From contig NIVC01003751.1 of the NCBI GenBank assembly GCA_002269645.1, positions 14,929 to 78,928 of the forward strand: a stretch of DNA of 64,000 nucleotides, given 5' to 3'. This DNA comes from Macrostomum lignano. Lineage: Eukaryota. A program made the translations under genes and the position numbers. Numbering within the stretch: the first letter of the stretch is position 1; every line of letters begins with the position of its first letter. Below, one piece after another: positions 12,470 through 23,515 of the stretch. The notes below the pieces were generated by a model. The model had not been told where the DNA came from. It saw only the letters and a list, made by a program, of their open reading frames with translations, and made no database searches.

Positions 12470-13105
12470 AGATAGGTCTGGTAGTTGAGAGAAATAGGTC
12501 TCGTTGCTGAGGGAGATGAGTCTGGTAGCTACACTGTAAGGGAGATGGGCCTGGTAGCGAAGGGAGATGGGTCTGATAGATAAGGTAGATGGGTCTGGTA
12601 GCTAACGGAGATGGGTCTGGTAGCTGAAGGGAGATGGGTCTGGTAGCTAAGGGAGATGGGTCTGGTAGCTAAGGGAGATGAGTCTGGTAGCTACAGCGTA
12701 ACGGAGATGGGTCTGGTAGCTAAGGTAGATGGGTCTGGTAGCTAATGGAGATGGGTCTGGTAGCTAAGGGAGATGGGTCTGGTAGCTAAGGGAGATGGGT
12801 CTGGTAGCTAAGGTAGATGGGTCTGGTAGCTAATGGAGATGGGTCTGGTAGCTAATGGAGATGGGTCTGGTAGCTACAGCGTAACAGAGATGGGTCTGGT
12901 AGCTAAGGGAGATTGGTCTGATTGCTAAGGGAGATGGGTCTTGTAGCTAAGGAAGATGGGTCTGGTAGCTAAGGAAGATGGGTCTGGTAGCTAAGGGAGA
13001 TGGGTCTGGTAGCTAAGGGAGATGGGTCTGGTAACTAAGGGAGATGGGTCTGGTAGCTAAGGGAGATGGGTCTGGTAGCTAAGAGAGATGGGTCTGATAG
13101 CTAAG
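12470..13105. repeat. 22-bp minisatellite (GGGAGATGGGTCTGGTAGCTAA), block 1
   Basis: Direct periodicity. Confidence 0.93.
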
Positions 13106-13761
13106 CAGTGTACCATGGAAAATAACTTTTTTAATCTAAAGGCCCTTTAGAAGCAGAGTTTGCAATCCAATGAAGTTTCTCAATGCGTTTTATCCTGCTT
13201 CACAAAGCAGTTCAAACAGTGCGCAGTTCTGTTCAGACCAGAAGTGTACAAATGCAGCAGATTGTGTGTAAAGTCACCCTGCAGATTCAATTTGCTTTGC
13301 AGCGCCATCACCCTGCAGCCCACTGCATATAGCGGAACCCTCGAAACGAGGTTGGCCATCTTGCAGCAAGTGTTGCCCAAGGAGCAAAGCGCAACGCCGC
13401 ATCATTAGCCATCAGACAGCAAAGTCCAAATAGGGTAGTCAGAAGTAGAAACTGTGCAATGCAGTTTGCTCTTCTTCTGCATGCCAGAAAGCTAGGCCAA
13501 GCAGTGTAGCAAGCTAAATGTCTAGAGTAGCAGCAGTAAGGCTTGGTCTGAAAATTTCAAGCTGGATAAGTGGCGCTTAACAATTTCCAATTCCTAATTT
13601 TACCTGAGTATTCGGAGACAAACTCTAACTTTTACGATTAGAATTTGCTGCAAAAGTTCTTGTTTGCTGTGGAGGCAAAGAGGTTGGAGGTTAAACTTTC
13701 AGTCAGTCGAAGCAGACAGTCTCGAATCAAGAACCTTTTCAGTAAAACCGGCCTCCTAAAA

Positions 13762-14312
13762 CTTCCAAGTTAGAGCGTTGAACTCACGACTGAAAAGTCA
13801 GGGGTTCGATTCCCGATCCTTACTGGAACAATTTGTGTCCTTGAGCTCGAGCAATCTAATAGCAAGCCAATAAGGGGGGCGGGATTTATGACATGGTAGA
13901 CGGTCCCGGTTTGCCATTTTCATTGGTTTTTGTAGTCACATCAATTAGTGACAATAAATGCATCATTTTAAAAGCTTGTTTTGGACTTACTGCTGCTGCA
14001 GAGTAGGGAGCGATTGACAATGCAAACGTCACGAAACGAATTGGCCGCATCTTGATACGGAAAGGGCATTAGCAGGTAAATAAAACGACTGAAAAGTCGG
14101 GGGTAACTGTGCATTGCTTCAGTTCACCCAGCTGTAAAATGGGTGCCTGCATTAGCTGGGGTAATTGAGGGTGTGTGGCGACCCCCCAGTCCTTGGACTG
14201 AACAGCCGTACGCAGCCTTCAGATGCGCCGCGCAATCGCTGCGGCTGAGCTGTCGGTTGCACATCTGGCCCAATTGGGGCAGGTGTAATCAATTATTATC
14301 ATTATTATTATT
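13762..14312 (+). mobile_element. tRNA/CORE-type SINE, second copy, interrupted by a ~230-bp insert
   Basis: B-box GGGGTTCGATTCCC, GTGTCCTTGAGC, then insert 13856-14084, then resumes TGCATTGCTTCAGTTCACCCAGCTGTAAAATGGG through to an (ATT)n tail. Confidence 0.8.
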
Positions 14313-15021
14313 GCCTCAAATGCTGGGCGAGCTCACTTCATGGCCGCAACTTGGTAGGTGCAGTGAGGTTAATCGTTCTGTAGAACGCTACATTGCTAGT
14401 TTCTTCTCGCAGATTGTCGTCAGGATGTGCCCAAGATAAAAAATTGAAAAGAGAAAATGCAGCCTGAATGCTTGCTTGAATTTTGCTGCTACAAGTGGCG
14501 AATCCGCTACAGCCTCGAGGGAAAACTGGATTTGAACGCCGGCAGTCAATTAGTGCAGAACCATATTAGTGTCATTTTATTCGAGAAATTGAGTTGCCCC
14601 CGAGATCCCTGGCGCCGCTTCCTGATCAAGTTTATCGTCTCGAAATTTGAGCAGAGCCTAATTAGCAATTCTGTCTGCTGCAGCCGCCACTGGAGCACGA
14701 TTTCCTGTCTCATTAATTGAGCAATGCTGAGCTGTGAATTTTTGCTTCTGCTCGCAATTTCCTACCTAAGCCACACTTGCTACCGAGACTCGTGCTTTCT
14801 CCAAAGTCTCCGAAAATTGGCTTGGGCAATGGGACGCCGGCCTCAGCAGCTGAAAGTGATGAAAAAATCAATTGAACAATTTTTCTCGAGCCGAAGACAC
14901 TTCTGCCTTGCTCTCTAATAGCTGCTGGAGTCTTAACGATTCCTCAACCTCTGCTGCTGCTCTGAAATCGATGGAGAAAAGTACAGAGCAGGCTCATCTT
15001 TTTGCGAAACACTCATTTCTG

Positions 15022-15332
15022 CAAATGGGTCTGGTAGCTGAGGGAGATGGGTCTGGTAGCTGAAGGGAAATGGGTCTGGTAGCTGAAGGGAGATGGGTCT
15101 GGTAGCTGAGGGAAATGGGTCTAGTAGCTGATGGGAGATGGGTCTGGTAGCTGAGGGAGATGGGTCTGGTAGCTGATGGGAGATGGGTCTGGTAGCTGAT
15201 GGGAGATGGGTCTGGTAGCTGAGGGAGATGGGTCTGGTAGCTGAGGGAGATGGGTCTGGTAGCTGAAGGGAAATGGGTCTGGTAGCTGAAGTACCTGATC
15301 TAGTAGCTGAGGGAACTGGATCTGGTAGCTGA
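15022..15332. repeat. 22-bp minisatellite (GGGAGATGGGTCTGGTAGCTGA), block 2
   Basis: Same family as 12470-13105. Confidence 0.92.
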
Positions 15333-15668
15333 TGGAATTGGTCAGACAGGTCTTTGTGCTGAAAAACAGATCAGAAGCGTAAATCTAGGAAAATCCATTG
15401 CAAAGCAAGCTGCAAAGCTCTGGGTTATGATTTTTATCGCAGATAGATTATTTATGATTTACTGTCAGATTAATCATTTACTGACACCCAACAAGCGACA
15501 AGGGTAGCCTAATTACCTAATCTGCCTATAACTCACCATTTAAGTGTATAATTATTGCATTTCCAGCCAGTTCCAGCCTCAATCAAAGCTTCCAAAGACC
15601 CTTTACGGTAAACAGAATTTGTTTTGCTCAGACACACGATCCGAGGGCAGTGTGGGCTGGCAATAAAA

Positions 15669-15892
15669 CTAATAGCAAGCCAATAAGGGGGCATTTATGA
15701 CATGGTAGCCGGTTCCGGTTTGTCACTTTCTGTGGTTTTTGTAGTCACATCAATTAGTGACAATAAATGCATCATTTTAAAAGCTTGTTTTGGACTTACT
15801 GCTGCTGCAGAGTAGGGAGCGATTGACAATGCAAACTTCACGAAACGAATTGGCCCCATCTTGACACGGAAAGGCATTAGCAGGTAAATAAA
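15669..15892 (+). repeat. ~225-bp dispersed duplicate of 13856-14084
   Basis: Aligns from CTAATAGCAAGCCAATAAGGGGG to GCATTAGCAGGTAAATAAA with scattered substitutions. Confidence 0.9.
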
Positions 15893-16660
15893 CAGAGTAG
15901 GGCGACTACGAACTATACCGTATATAGTCATCTTTGCCTTGACGTGAAGAAATACTGCATGTTTTCTACTAAGCTCGTATTGTGTTTTCTAAAAGGATTT
16001 TTTTTCGATTTCATGTTGACTGCATTGCGCCAACTGGGGTCTCAGCGCATTATCTTCGGACGAGAGCAGTGTGTGACAAAAAATTGCTGCATAAATGCAT
16101 TCATGGGGAGAGTCGTGTTAAAGGAAAAGTTTCAGTCTCCACTTTTCAGCATTCTTTGGATATTTTGGTCAAATAAACTTAAACGACCTAGCTTGGATTT
16201 GAGCAGACGCTCAAGTTTCAAATAGTTTTTAAAGAGCCCAAACGGTTATGAAACTTTCAGGGTGTGAAAGCCAAAATTGAGAATTTCCTGAGGTACCTAC
16301 GTCTTATTACTTAAGTGGACATTGCGATCAACACACAAACTGCAAGTATCAGAGCCAAGTTCGAACTAAAAGTGCCTAACTAATCAATTGCAAAGTCCCC
16401 AACCATTAGAGAAACTTGTTGAAATCCTGGCTCAACACACCCAATAAATGCTGATTTAATATTACGAGTATAATCAAATCTCTAAATGTTACTCACCTGA
16501 TAAAATGAGTCAGTTTAGGTCTGCAGTATCTTAGAAACTTAGAGCACAACCATCGCTGTGCAACAGACTGTGAATTACGTCGTGTGTTCTTTTCAGCAGC
16601 AGTTTTGGCATCATGCATTCAGCTCGCTGATATTGTTCGATCGTTCCCTCGCGGTCATAG

Positions 16661-17782
16661 TGAAGTATAGGTGTCTTGCCTGTGGTTGTCTAGAGGCCTT
16701 CAATAGGAACGCTGCCCCGGTGAAGTACAGTTGCTTGAGCTCCTCTGGGAAGTCTCCGGGTTGATCTAGCGTTGGTAGTGCTGCCACCAGCTTCGCAGAG
16801 TCGCAGCCTTCGGTGAGGTGCTGAGCTCGTAGAAGCAAATAACTAAGACGAGAGAAAGAGACTCGCACTTCGTGCAGATTTAGCAGTTCTCGCGCAGAGG
16901 TGCCCACCGTCAGCAGTCCCTGCCGGGCTGGTGCGGGGTGAGAGCGAAAGTGCTAGCTTCGGGCGATCCGAGCTGGCCTGCTAATTGATAGCAGGAACAA
17001 TCAGAGGCAGTCACGCGCAAAGTCGGGAGTTTGGAGTTCACTTTAAGCGTCAACTTGGCACACAACTTAGAGTTCGCTAGAAACGAAACGGAAGGAACGC
17101 TAGGAAAGCTTGGAAAGCTAGGAACGCGAGGAACGGTAGGAACGCTGAAAACGCAGAAACGAGAGGCTGAAACGGAAGGGCCGGTTAACGGAAGGAAAGA
17201 AAGGCTTGTCTGAGCCAAGCCAGGAGAGGGGCTGCATTTATAGGGAGGATCGATTGCACCATAGCACGAAAGGCCCCCGCTGAGAGTCATAAGTGACTCT
17301 GTTGCTATTTTTAGCAACAAACAAGCGGGCCCTGCCTCAGAGGAGGCAAGGGGGGGTCCGGGCGCACGTGATCTCCCCATAAACACGAGCCCAGCGTACA
17401 ATGATGAAATCATTGCACTTTGGACTAAAGAAGGAAGAGGGCCTTGTCATGTGACTGACTCACATGACAAGGGGAAAAGGCCCACAAGTGAAGGCACTCG
17501 TGACCGTGGGACCGGAAAACAGAAGGCACTCCAAATTTGGAGATGCCTGACAGAGAACGAAACAGAGGCAGGCCAGACCAAGCTGTCTGGGCACTGCAAA
17601 AAGGGAAAGCGAGACAAAAGGGGCAAACGAGGACAAACAGACAGACAGACAAACGGGCAGAGGACAGGCCAGGGACAGGCGGGAGGGACAGGCAACTGCC
17701 CAGCGGCAGACAGAAACCTGGGGAGAAGGCGAGGGCAACAGCTGACTAGTGCGGCGCCTAACTAAACTAGCGACTCACTACA
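16661..17782 (-). repeat. 3' LTR (1122 bp)
   Basis: Matches 25703-26825; I saw only one substitution and one 1-nt indel by eye. Confidence 0.97.
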
Positions 17783-17793
17783 CTCTCCCCGTT
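17783..17793 (-). promoter_or_regulatory. Polypurine tract (AACGGGGAGAG) abutting the 3' LTR
   Basis: Purine run directly 5' of TGTAGTG on the minus strand. Confidence 0.85.
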
Positions 17794-18184
17794 CAAATAA
17801 AGAGGCGGAGTGAAGCGGCGCGCGCTTTATTTAAAACAAAGTAAACGTGAATTTACTGACAAAAGAAAACACACAAAATTTCAAATGCGCTCGTGAAATT
17901 GCGCGACTGGCCAGGTCGTAAAGATAGTGGCCTGATACCGCGGGGGCGCCAACCCGCTAATAGCCTGCGCCTAACTATTCCTCGTGCTCCAGCCCGCAAA
18001 ATTAGTGCTCGAATTTGGTGTGGGGGCGCCGGCCCACCCTAGAAATGGCGCCTAAATATTGCGCGGGCGATACCTGAATACACAAGCCAACCGGCTTAAA
18101 ATTCCTGCATAAGGGCGCTTAACTAGCGCGGCAAACGGGGCAACTTCATTGTCAACAGGGCGTACATCAGCGTACGGCCGCCAA

Positions 18185-18889
18185 TCAGTCAAAATAGCAC
18201 AGACGCGGAGTCATCAAGAGCATCGGCAGGTCTTCTTCCCCGCCGCCCATGAATCGGGCAACGCGGACGGCCGCCAGGTGGAGAGCGTACGGCCGGTTCG
18301 GCCGCTCCAGGTCGGGGCCGGCCAGGCCGACCGCCTCCGCGAATAACCGGCTCCTCTCCTCGGCCGTGGTTTGACGGAGCTCCGCCCAGATCGGGCCACC
18401 GAGGTCAACGATTTCTCCGCCTTGCCGAGCCGCTCTGACGAGTACAGCGCTTATCAGGTTGGCGCCGGCAGCGATGACGGTAGCTCGGTATTCCGGTATT
18501 GGCGACTCCGTTTGAGTGCCGGTATCGAGCGTTTCCGCCGGACGTTCGGGCGATGGTGGCGGGGCCCTGGGCAGGGTGCGGCGCAGCGACGCGGCCAGGT
18601 CGGTCCAAACAGCTGAGGAGCATGCGGCCGCTCCCTGAGTGTCATCGGTCCAAGACATCGGAGACGGGGCCGCGTCGGGATGCCTGGCGTCGTCGAGATC
18701 CCCTCCGCGTTCATCTGTTCCGCCGGGCCTGCCGTGGTGCTCCGACCCGACTCGCTCACGGGCCGCCGGCCGAGCCCCGTCGATGTCTGGAAGGGAATTG
18801 CGGACTTGGAGGCGGATGTCCGCCAAGCCCCGCATCACCTGCTGTTCCAGCTGCACGTAAGCCAAAGCGGCCGCGATCCGGTCGACCAT
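18185..18889 (-). CDS. Extra ORF3 of the Gypsy element, 234 aa, unknown function (not Env-like)
   Basis: ATG-initiated ORF between integrase and PPT; helical-looking N- and C-terminal parts, no signal peptide or TM segment. Confidence 0.6.
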   Translation of the reverse strand: MVDRIAAALAYVQLEQQVMRGLADIRLQVRNSLPDIDGARPAARERVGSEHHGRPGGTDERGGDLDDARHPDAAPSPMSWTDDTQGAAACSSAVWTDLAASLRRTLPRAPPPSPERPAETLDTGTQTESPIPEYRATVIAAGANLISAVLVRAARQGGEIVDLGGPIWAELRQTTAEERSRLFAEAVGLAGPDLERPNRPYALHLAAVRVARFMGGGEEDLPMLLMTPRLCYFD

Positions 18890-19418
18890 GAGTGTCCGCG
18901 CAGTCGCGTCTGGCGATGGCGAGTCGCGCGTGAGGTCGATGACTTCGGGCGAGTGTCGTTGACCCGAGCGGGGTGTTGAGCTGCATGGCTCTCCAGAACG
19001 GGCGAAGGGCTTCGCCTGGGTGCCGATGTTCGGAGTGGCCTCCCATTCCGCCTCTGGGGCTCGGGAGACGGCGTGCGACGGTGAGGGCGCCGATCAACCT
19101 GGCGCGTCGGCCTCGCCGAGCCGTTGCCTTCAGCCCTGAGTCTCCGGTTAATTGTCTCCAGCGGGCGCCGCGGGATCCCCATGGTCTCTGGCGAGACCGG
19201 GGTACCAGGTCGGCGCCGGCTACGGCTAGGCCGCCCTTGCTCCGCATCGGACGAGGAGCTTGAGCTCACGTGGAGCGGACGCTTGTGCATTTCTGCGCTG
19301 CAAGGTTTTAATTTGTGCACACGCATGCGGGCGGTGCGACTAACGTACGTTTTGGCCCTAGGATCGCTAATCAGAAGCCTCTCCGGCGGCCTCCGATCCC
19401 TAACTGGCCTACCTACCA

Positions 19419-22100
19419 CTACTGGTATGGGAGACGCTTCCACCTGAGTGGTGCAAGGAGGTGGCGCAGGAGACTGCACCGCCGAAAAAGGTTCGGGAAG
19501 GGGGACGCATGGACAGGTGAAAAAGAAGCAGCAGGTGCAGACGCATTCAAACCAGGCACACCATCATGGCGATCACCATACGGCAGTGGCTCACGCCGAA
19601 ATGCACTTGCCTGGTTCGCTGGTGTCGTGACCGGTCCACCTCCTGGCTGCACATCCGGGATCGCCAACGGCCGGAAGCGCCACCGGAAGGCCGGCCATGC
19701 GTCATCATCATCATCGTCCTCGTCCGGATCGTCCTCCGGAATCGGTGTCAGAGTCGCGGGTCCTGCACCGTCCGGGGCATCAGTCAACCTGCAGCGCTTC
19801 TTGGCCTGGTCGACTTCTGGATCCGAAGTCAGCTGGTAGTCGGCATCAGGGACGAGTAGCAGATTCCGGCGATGGACTACTAGCTCGTCGCGCCTGGCCC
19901 GCGGGTTTGGCACTCTACGGCGAATCTTGTAGACGACCTCGCCCTTGGGTTCGACTACCTCGTACAGCGCTTTGCGAGGTCGATGGAACTTCGCCGCTTC
20001 ATCCGGTTCGAGCACCGGGTTGTTGAGGAAAACCAGGTCACCAGGTTGGAGCTTCTTGGCAGCGGGCAGGTTCGAATAGTGCTCGTCGCGCAGTTGCTGA
20101 TGCAGATGCAGGCGTTCTTTGGCTAGCTCAGTCGCTTCGTCCAAACGGCGCTGGAAGTCCTTGACATAGTCAGGCAGATTGGCATACTCCGGCAGCTTCT
20201 TGATCGCGTTGTCGATTGGTAGTCGAAAGTCTCGACCAAACACCAGGTAGTGAGGCGTGAAACCTGTCACCGGGTGTACACTAGAGCGGAGCGCCATCAA
20301 GCAGGCTGGGAGGAAGGTGTCCCAGTCGTTATGGTTGCGCTCGAGGAGGCAGGTGAGGACACTCTTCAGCTGCTTGTTGAGGTTCTCGACTTGCCCATTA
20401 GAAGCTGGGTTGTACGGTGTTGTCGTCGTATGCCGGATGCCAAACAGGTCGCAGAACTTCTTGAAAGCTGAGCCAGTGAAATTGGTTCCTTGATCAGTGT
20501 GTATCCAGCATGGTACACCAAAGTCAGGGATCAAGCGCTCCTGCAGGATCTTGATGACCGTCTTGGCTTTCTGGTTCCTCATCGGATAGGCGAACGGGTA
20601 CTTCGACGTCGCGTCGCATAGCGTCAAGATGTAGCGGTTCCCGCTCTTGCTCTTCTGGGCGATAGGGCCTACTACATCGCAATGTACTCTTCCCAGGACT
20701 TCGCACACAGGGAAGCTCTGTACAGGTACTCGGTCTCGTCTTCGGGATTTACTTTCAAGACAGGCGCGGCACTTACTGATAAAGTTCTCGGTGACACGGG
20801 CTAGTCCGGGCCTCCAGAATCGTTCACGTAGCCGCTTCAACGTCTTCGTCTGGCCGAGGTGTCCACACAGTGGCGAACTGTGGAGCTCCTGGAGCACCTG
20901 GGCATCTAGAGCTTCGGGCAGGACAACCTTCGGGGGCTGCTGGCCATCAGTCAGATCGATCATCAGCAGGCCGTTGTCCTCTCGCAGATTATCATAATAT
21001 CCGAGCAGATTCCGCTGCTCCTTCGTCAGTCGCAACCGGGCGTCGAACTCAGGCTTCAGGGCTTTGTTCTCGACCAAGTTGAGCACGTAGCTGATTGCTC
21101 GGTCGGCGCGCTGCGCGTCGACAAACTGTTGCCGCGTCATCGGCATCCTCATAAAATCAGTGAGCACGGCGCGGCATGGCTGAGGGTTCCGGATTTCCTC
21201 AGTCTCCGCTTCTGTGGCTCGCAGTTGATCACGCGACTCCGTCTTGTCGGCGTCAGGATTAGGTCGCTCCGAGGGACTTTGTCTCACAACGTCGGCGTAC
21301 GATCGCTGATCTCGTTTCGAAGTTCTCATCGTCGCTCTCTTGACAGGAATTTCCGCAGCTGGAGCAGTGCACTTGCCTCCACTGCACAGCCCAGGCGACT
21401 CTTGGCTGTAGGGCGAGACGCAACACGTGAAGCACGCCTCGTCGCAGGCAGCCGTAGCCGTCGGCTCGATCATCGTCGTCATTGGGTGAGTCTTCTCCAG
21501 CACTGGGCGGTGTCGCAAAGGGGGACTCGACTTTCCGCACAGGCGATGAGCAGCTGTCTGTCGGCTCGGGGGACAGAGCGTTGACCTTGCAGCCGTCGCG
21601 AGAGTCTGGCCTCTGTCAACACGGCGAGAACTCTCAGCGCAAAACTCCGGGGAGTTGAACTTACATTGCTGGTCTGGATTCGCGTTGTGGGCTGTCATCA
21701 GAAGGGCTGCTTGTTCAGTGGCCTCTGAGTCGTGGTCCATGGGCGTCTCCAGATTCCGAGACCCGCAGTCTTGGACATCATCAAGGAGGTCTACGTCAGC
21801 AGTGGCCTCCGAGGGTTTGTCCGGGCGAATCTCCAAGTAACGGCAGTCGGCGTGGGCGTCGCTGCGGAGGGCTGAGGTGTCAGTGGCCTCCGGGTTGGTG
21901 TCCAAACCGGTCTCCAGGCGTTGACTGCAGCGATGGTCGTCGTGCTGAAGGACTGCTGGCGCAGTGGCCTCCAGGTCTTCGGCCAGGGCAGTTTCGGCCT
22001 CCTTGTTGCGAGTGTGGACCTTCTTCGCGGGCTGCTCTCGCAGTGGCCTCACGGTGGTGTCCAATTCCGGCTCCAGGCTGGTGTCATCACCGGTCGGGCT
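19419..22100 (-). CDS. pol: Gypsy pol: long linker plus integrase
   Basis: HHCC zinc finger (HSSPLCGHLG...CRAC), catalytic core (VHCDVVGP, IHTDQG, NGQVENLN), GPY/F-like PRKALYEVVE. Confidence 0.95.
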   Translation of the reverse strand, partial: SPTGDDTSLEPELDTTVRPLREQPAKKVHTRNKEAETALAEDLEATAPAVLQHDDHRCSQRLETGLDTNPEATDTSALRSDAHADCRYLEIRPDKPSEATADVDLLDDVQDCGSRNLETPMDHDSEATEQAALLMTAHNANPDQQCKFNSPEFCAESSRRVDRGQTLATAARSTLCPPSRQTAAHRLCGKSSPPLRHRPVLEKTHPMTTMIEPTATAACDEACFTCCVSPYSQESPGLCSGGKCTAPAAEIPVKRATMRTSKRDQRSYADVVRQSPSERPNPDADKTESRDQLRATEAETEEIRNPQPCRAVLTDFMRMPMTRQQFVDAQRADRAISYVLNLVENKALKPEFDARLRLTKEQRNLLGYYDNLREDNGLLMIDLTDGQQPPKVVLPEALDAQVLQELHSSPLCGHLGQTKTLKRLRERFWRPGLARVTENFISKCRACLESKSRRRDRVPVQSFPVCEVLGRVHCDVVGPIAQKSKSGNRYILTLCDATSKYPFAYPMRNQKAKTVIKILQERLIPDFGVPCWIHTDQGTNFTGSAFKKFCDLFGIRHTTTTPYNPASNGQVENLNKQLKSVLTCLLERNHNDWDTFLPACLMALRSSVHPVTGFTPHYLVFGRDFRLPIDNAIKKLPEYANLPDYVKDFQRRLDEATELAKERLHLHQQLRDEHYSNLPAAKKLQPGDLVFLNNPVLEPDEAAKFHRPRKALYEVVEPKGEVVYKIRRRVPNPRARRDELVVHRRNLLLVPDADYQLTSDPEVDQAKKRCRLTDAPDGAGPATLTPIPEDDPDEDDDDDDAWPAFRWRFRPLAIPDVQPGGGPVTTPANQASAFRREPLPYGDRHDGVPGLNASAPAASFSPVHASPFPNLFRRCSLLRHLLAPLRWKRLPYQ

Positions 22101-23515
22101 GCAGAACGGGTGCTCAGCAGTCGGCCATGTTCGAAGTCAACCGGTGGTGTCTCCGGGCGTCTTGACAGGGCGTCAGCGTTGGCGTGGTCCTTGCCTTTGC
22201 GATGGTGAAGCTGGAAGCGGAACTCGCTTAATCGCTCAATCCAACGGCCCAAGATGCCTGTGACCTGCGTCTGGTTCAGCAGCCACAGCAAGGCCCGATG
22301 GTCAGAACGAACTTCAAACTTCTTGCCGATTAAATAATGACGGAAATGTCGCATCGCGTCCACGATTGCAAGCAGCTCTTTCTTCGTGACCGTGTAGCGC
22401 TTCTCAGGATCACGAAGCTTCCGGCTAAAGAATGCAATTGGGCGCTCGACGCCGTCGGATTGCCGTTGTCCAAGACAAGCGCCTATGCGAATGTCTGAGG
22501 CATCCGTGTCTAGGACAAACTTCACATTAGGATCTGAGTTAAACTCAGGCAGAGCGAGAACTTCAGTCGAACACAACTTCTTCTTCAACGTGTCGAACGC
22601 TACCTGGTGCTCATCAGTCCAATGCTGCCGCAGGCTGCCGATGTCCTTTCGAGTCAGGGCATGTAGCGGCGCAGCAAATCCAGCGTAGCCGTTGACAAAC
22701 TTGTGGTAGTAATTGGCGAGGCCTAGGAATTGTCTCAGTTGAGTAACGGACTGTGGCACGGGCCAATCACGGATCTGCGCAATCTTGTCCTCACAGGTCT
22801 TCAGGCCGTCGGGAGTCACGACGTGGCCTAGATAATGCAGCTCCTTGAGGAACAAATGGCACTTCTTCGGCTTGACCTTGAGGTTGGCTGCGATAATCCG
22901 CTGGAGTACAGTCCGCAGGTTGTCCAGCTGCTCCTCGAAGGTCACAGAGTGCACCACGATGTCATCCATGTAGCCAAGCGCAGTCTTTGGCGTCAGGCCG
23001 TCCAGGAGCTTATTGATGCAACGCTGAAAGCTGCCTGGACTATCGTGGAGACCCATCGGTAGAACATTGAAACAGAATTGTCCGCGGTCAATCACAGAGA
23101 ACGCCGTCAGGTGCTGATCGCAGTCGCGCAGCGGGATCTGCCAGAATCCTTGAGCGAGATCCAAGCTAGAGTACCACTGGGCACCACGCAGCTTCGCGAA
23201 GGTCTCCTGAATGTGCGGCAGCGGGTACGGGTGGTACACACACTTGTCGTTGAGAGCTCTGAAGTCATGCACCAGCCTGATGTTGCCGTCCTTCTTGGGC
23301 ACTATCAGCATTGGCGAGTTGTAGCTAGAATAAGCCGGGCGAATGATGTGCTTCGCCAGCATCTCGTCTAGCAGGGCGTCTAGCTTGTCCTTCAGATGAG
23401 GCGGGATCCTGCGCGGTGGTAGCGCAACTGGTGTCCGATCCTTCAGGATGATCTCGTGGGTCACCAGTGTGTCAGGCCAGCGTCTAGCAGATGCTTCGAG
23501 AAGGCTGCTTGACAC
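22049..23515 (-). CDS. pol: Gypsy pol: reverse transcriptase and RNase H
   Basis: DLAQGFWQ, LPMGL, YMDD, LDTDAS, ELLAIV, SDHRAL, ANADALSR. Confidence 0.97.
   Translation of the reverse strand: MSSSLLEASARRWPDTLVTHEIILKDRTPVALPPRRIPPHLKDKLDALLDEMLAKHIIRPAYSSYNSPMLIVPKKDGNIRLVHDFRALNDKCVYHPYPLPHIQETFAKLRGAQWYSSLDLAQGFWQIPLRDCDQHLTAFSVIDRGQFCFNVLPMGLHDSPGSFQRCINKLLDGLTPKTALGYMDDIVVHSVTFEEQLDNLRTVLQRIIAANLKVKPKKCHLFLKELHYLGHVVTPDGLKTCEDKIAQIRDWPVPQSVTQLRQFLGLANYYHKFVNGYAGFAAPLHALTRKDIGSLRQHWTDEHQVAFDTLKKKLCSTEVLALPEFNSDPNVKFVLDTDASDIRIGACLGQRQSDGVERPIAFFSRKLRDPEKRYTVTKKELLAIVDAMRHFRHYLIGKKFEVRSDHRALLWLLNQTQVTGILGRWIERLSEFRFQLHHRKGKDHANADALSRRPETPPVDFEHGRLLSTRSAARPVMTPAWSRNWTPP

Noticed and set aside
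13140-15000. Possible minus-strand exons (13180-13380, 14700-14960)
   Set aside because: Acceptor-like sites are present but the frames close quickly and no family is recognisable.
16560-16660. Host exon disrupted by the LTR element
   Set aside because: Re-joining the flanks at the ATAG TSD gave no recognisable protein in the frames I read.
18185-18889. env gene
   Set aside because: No signal peptide, furin site or transmembrane anchor.
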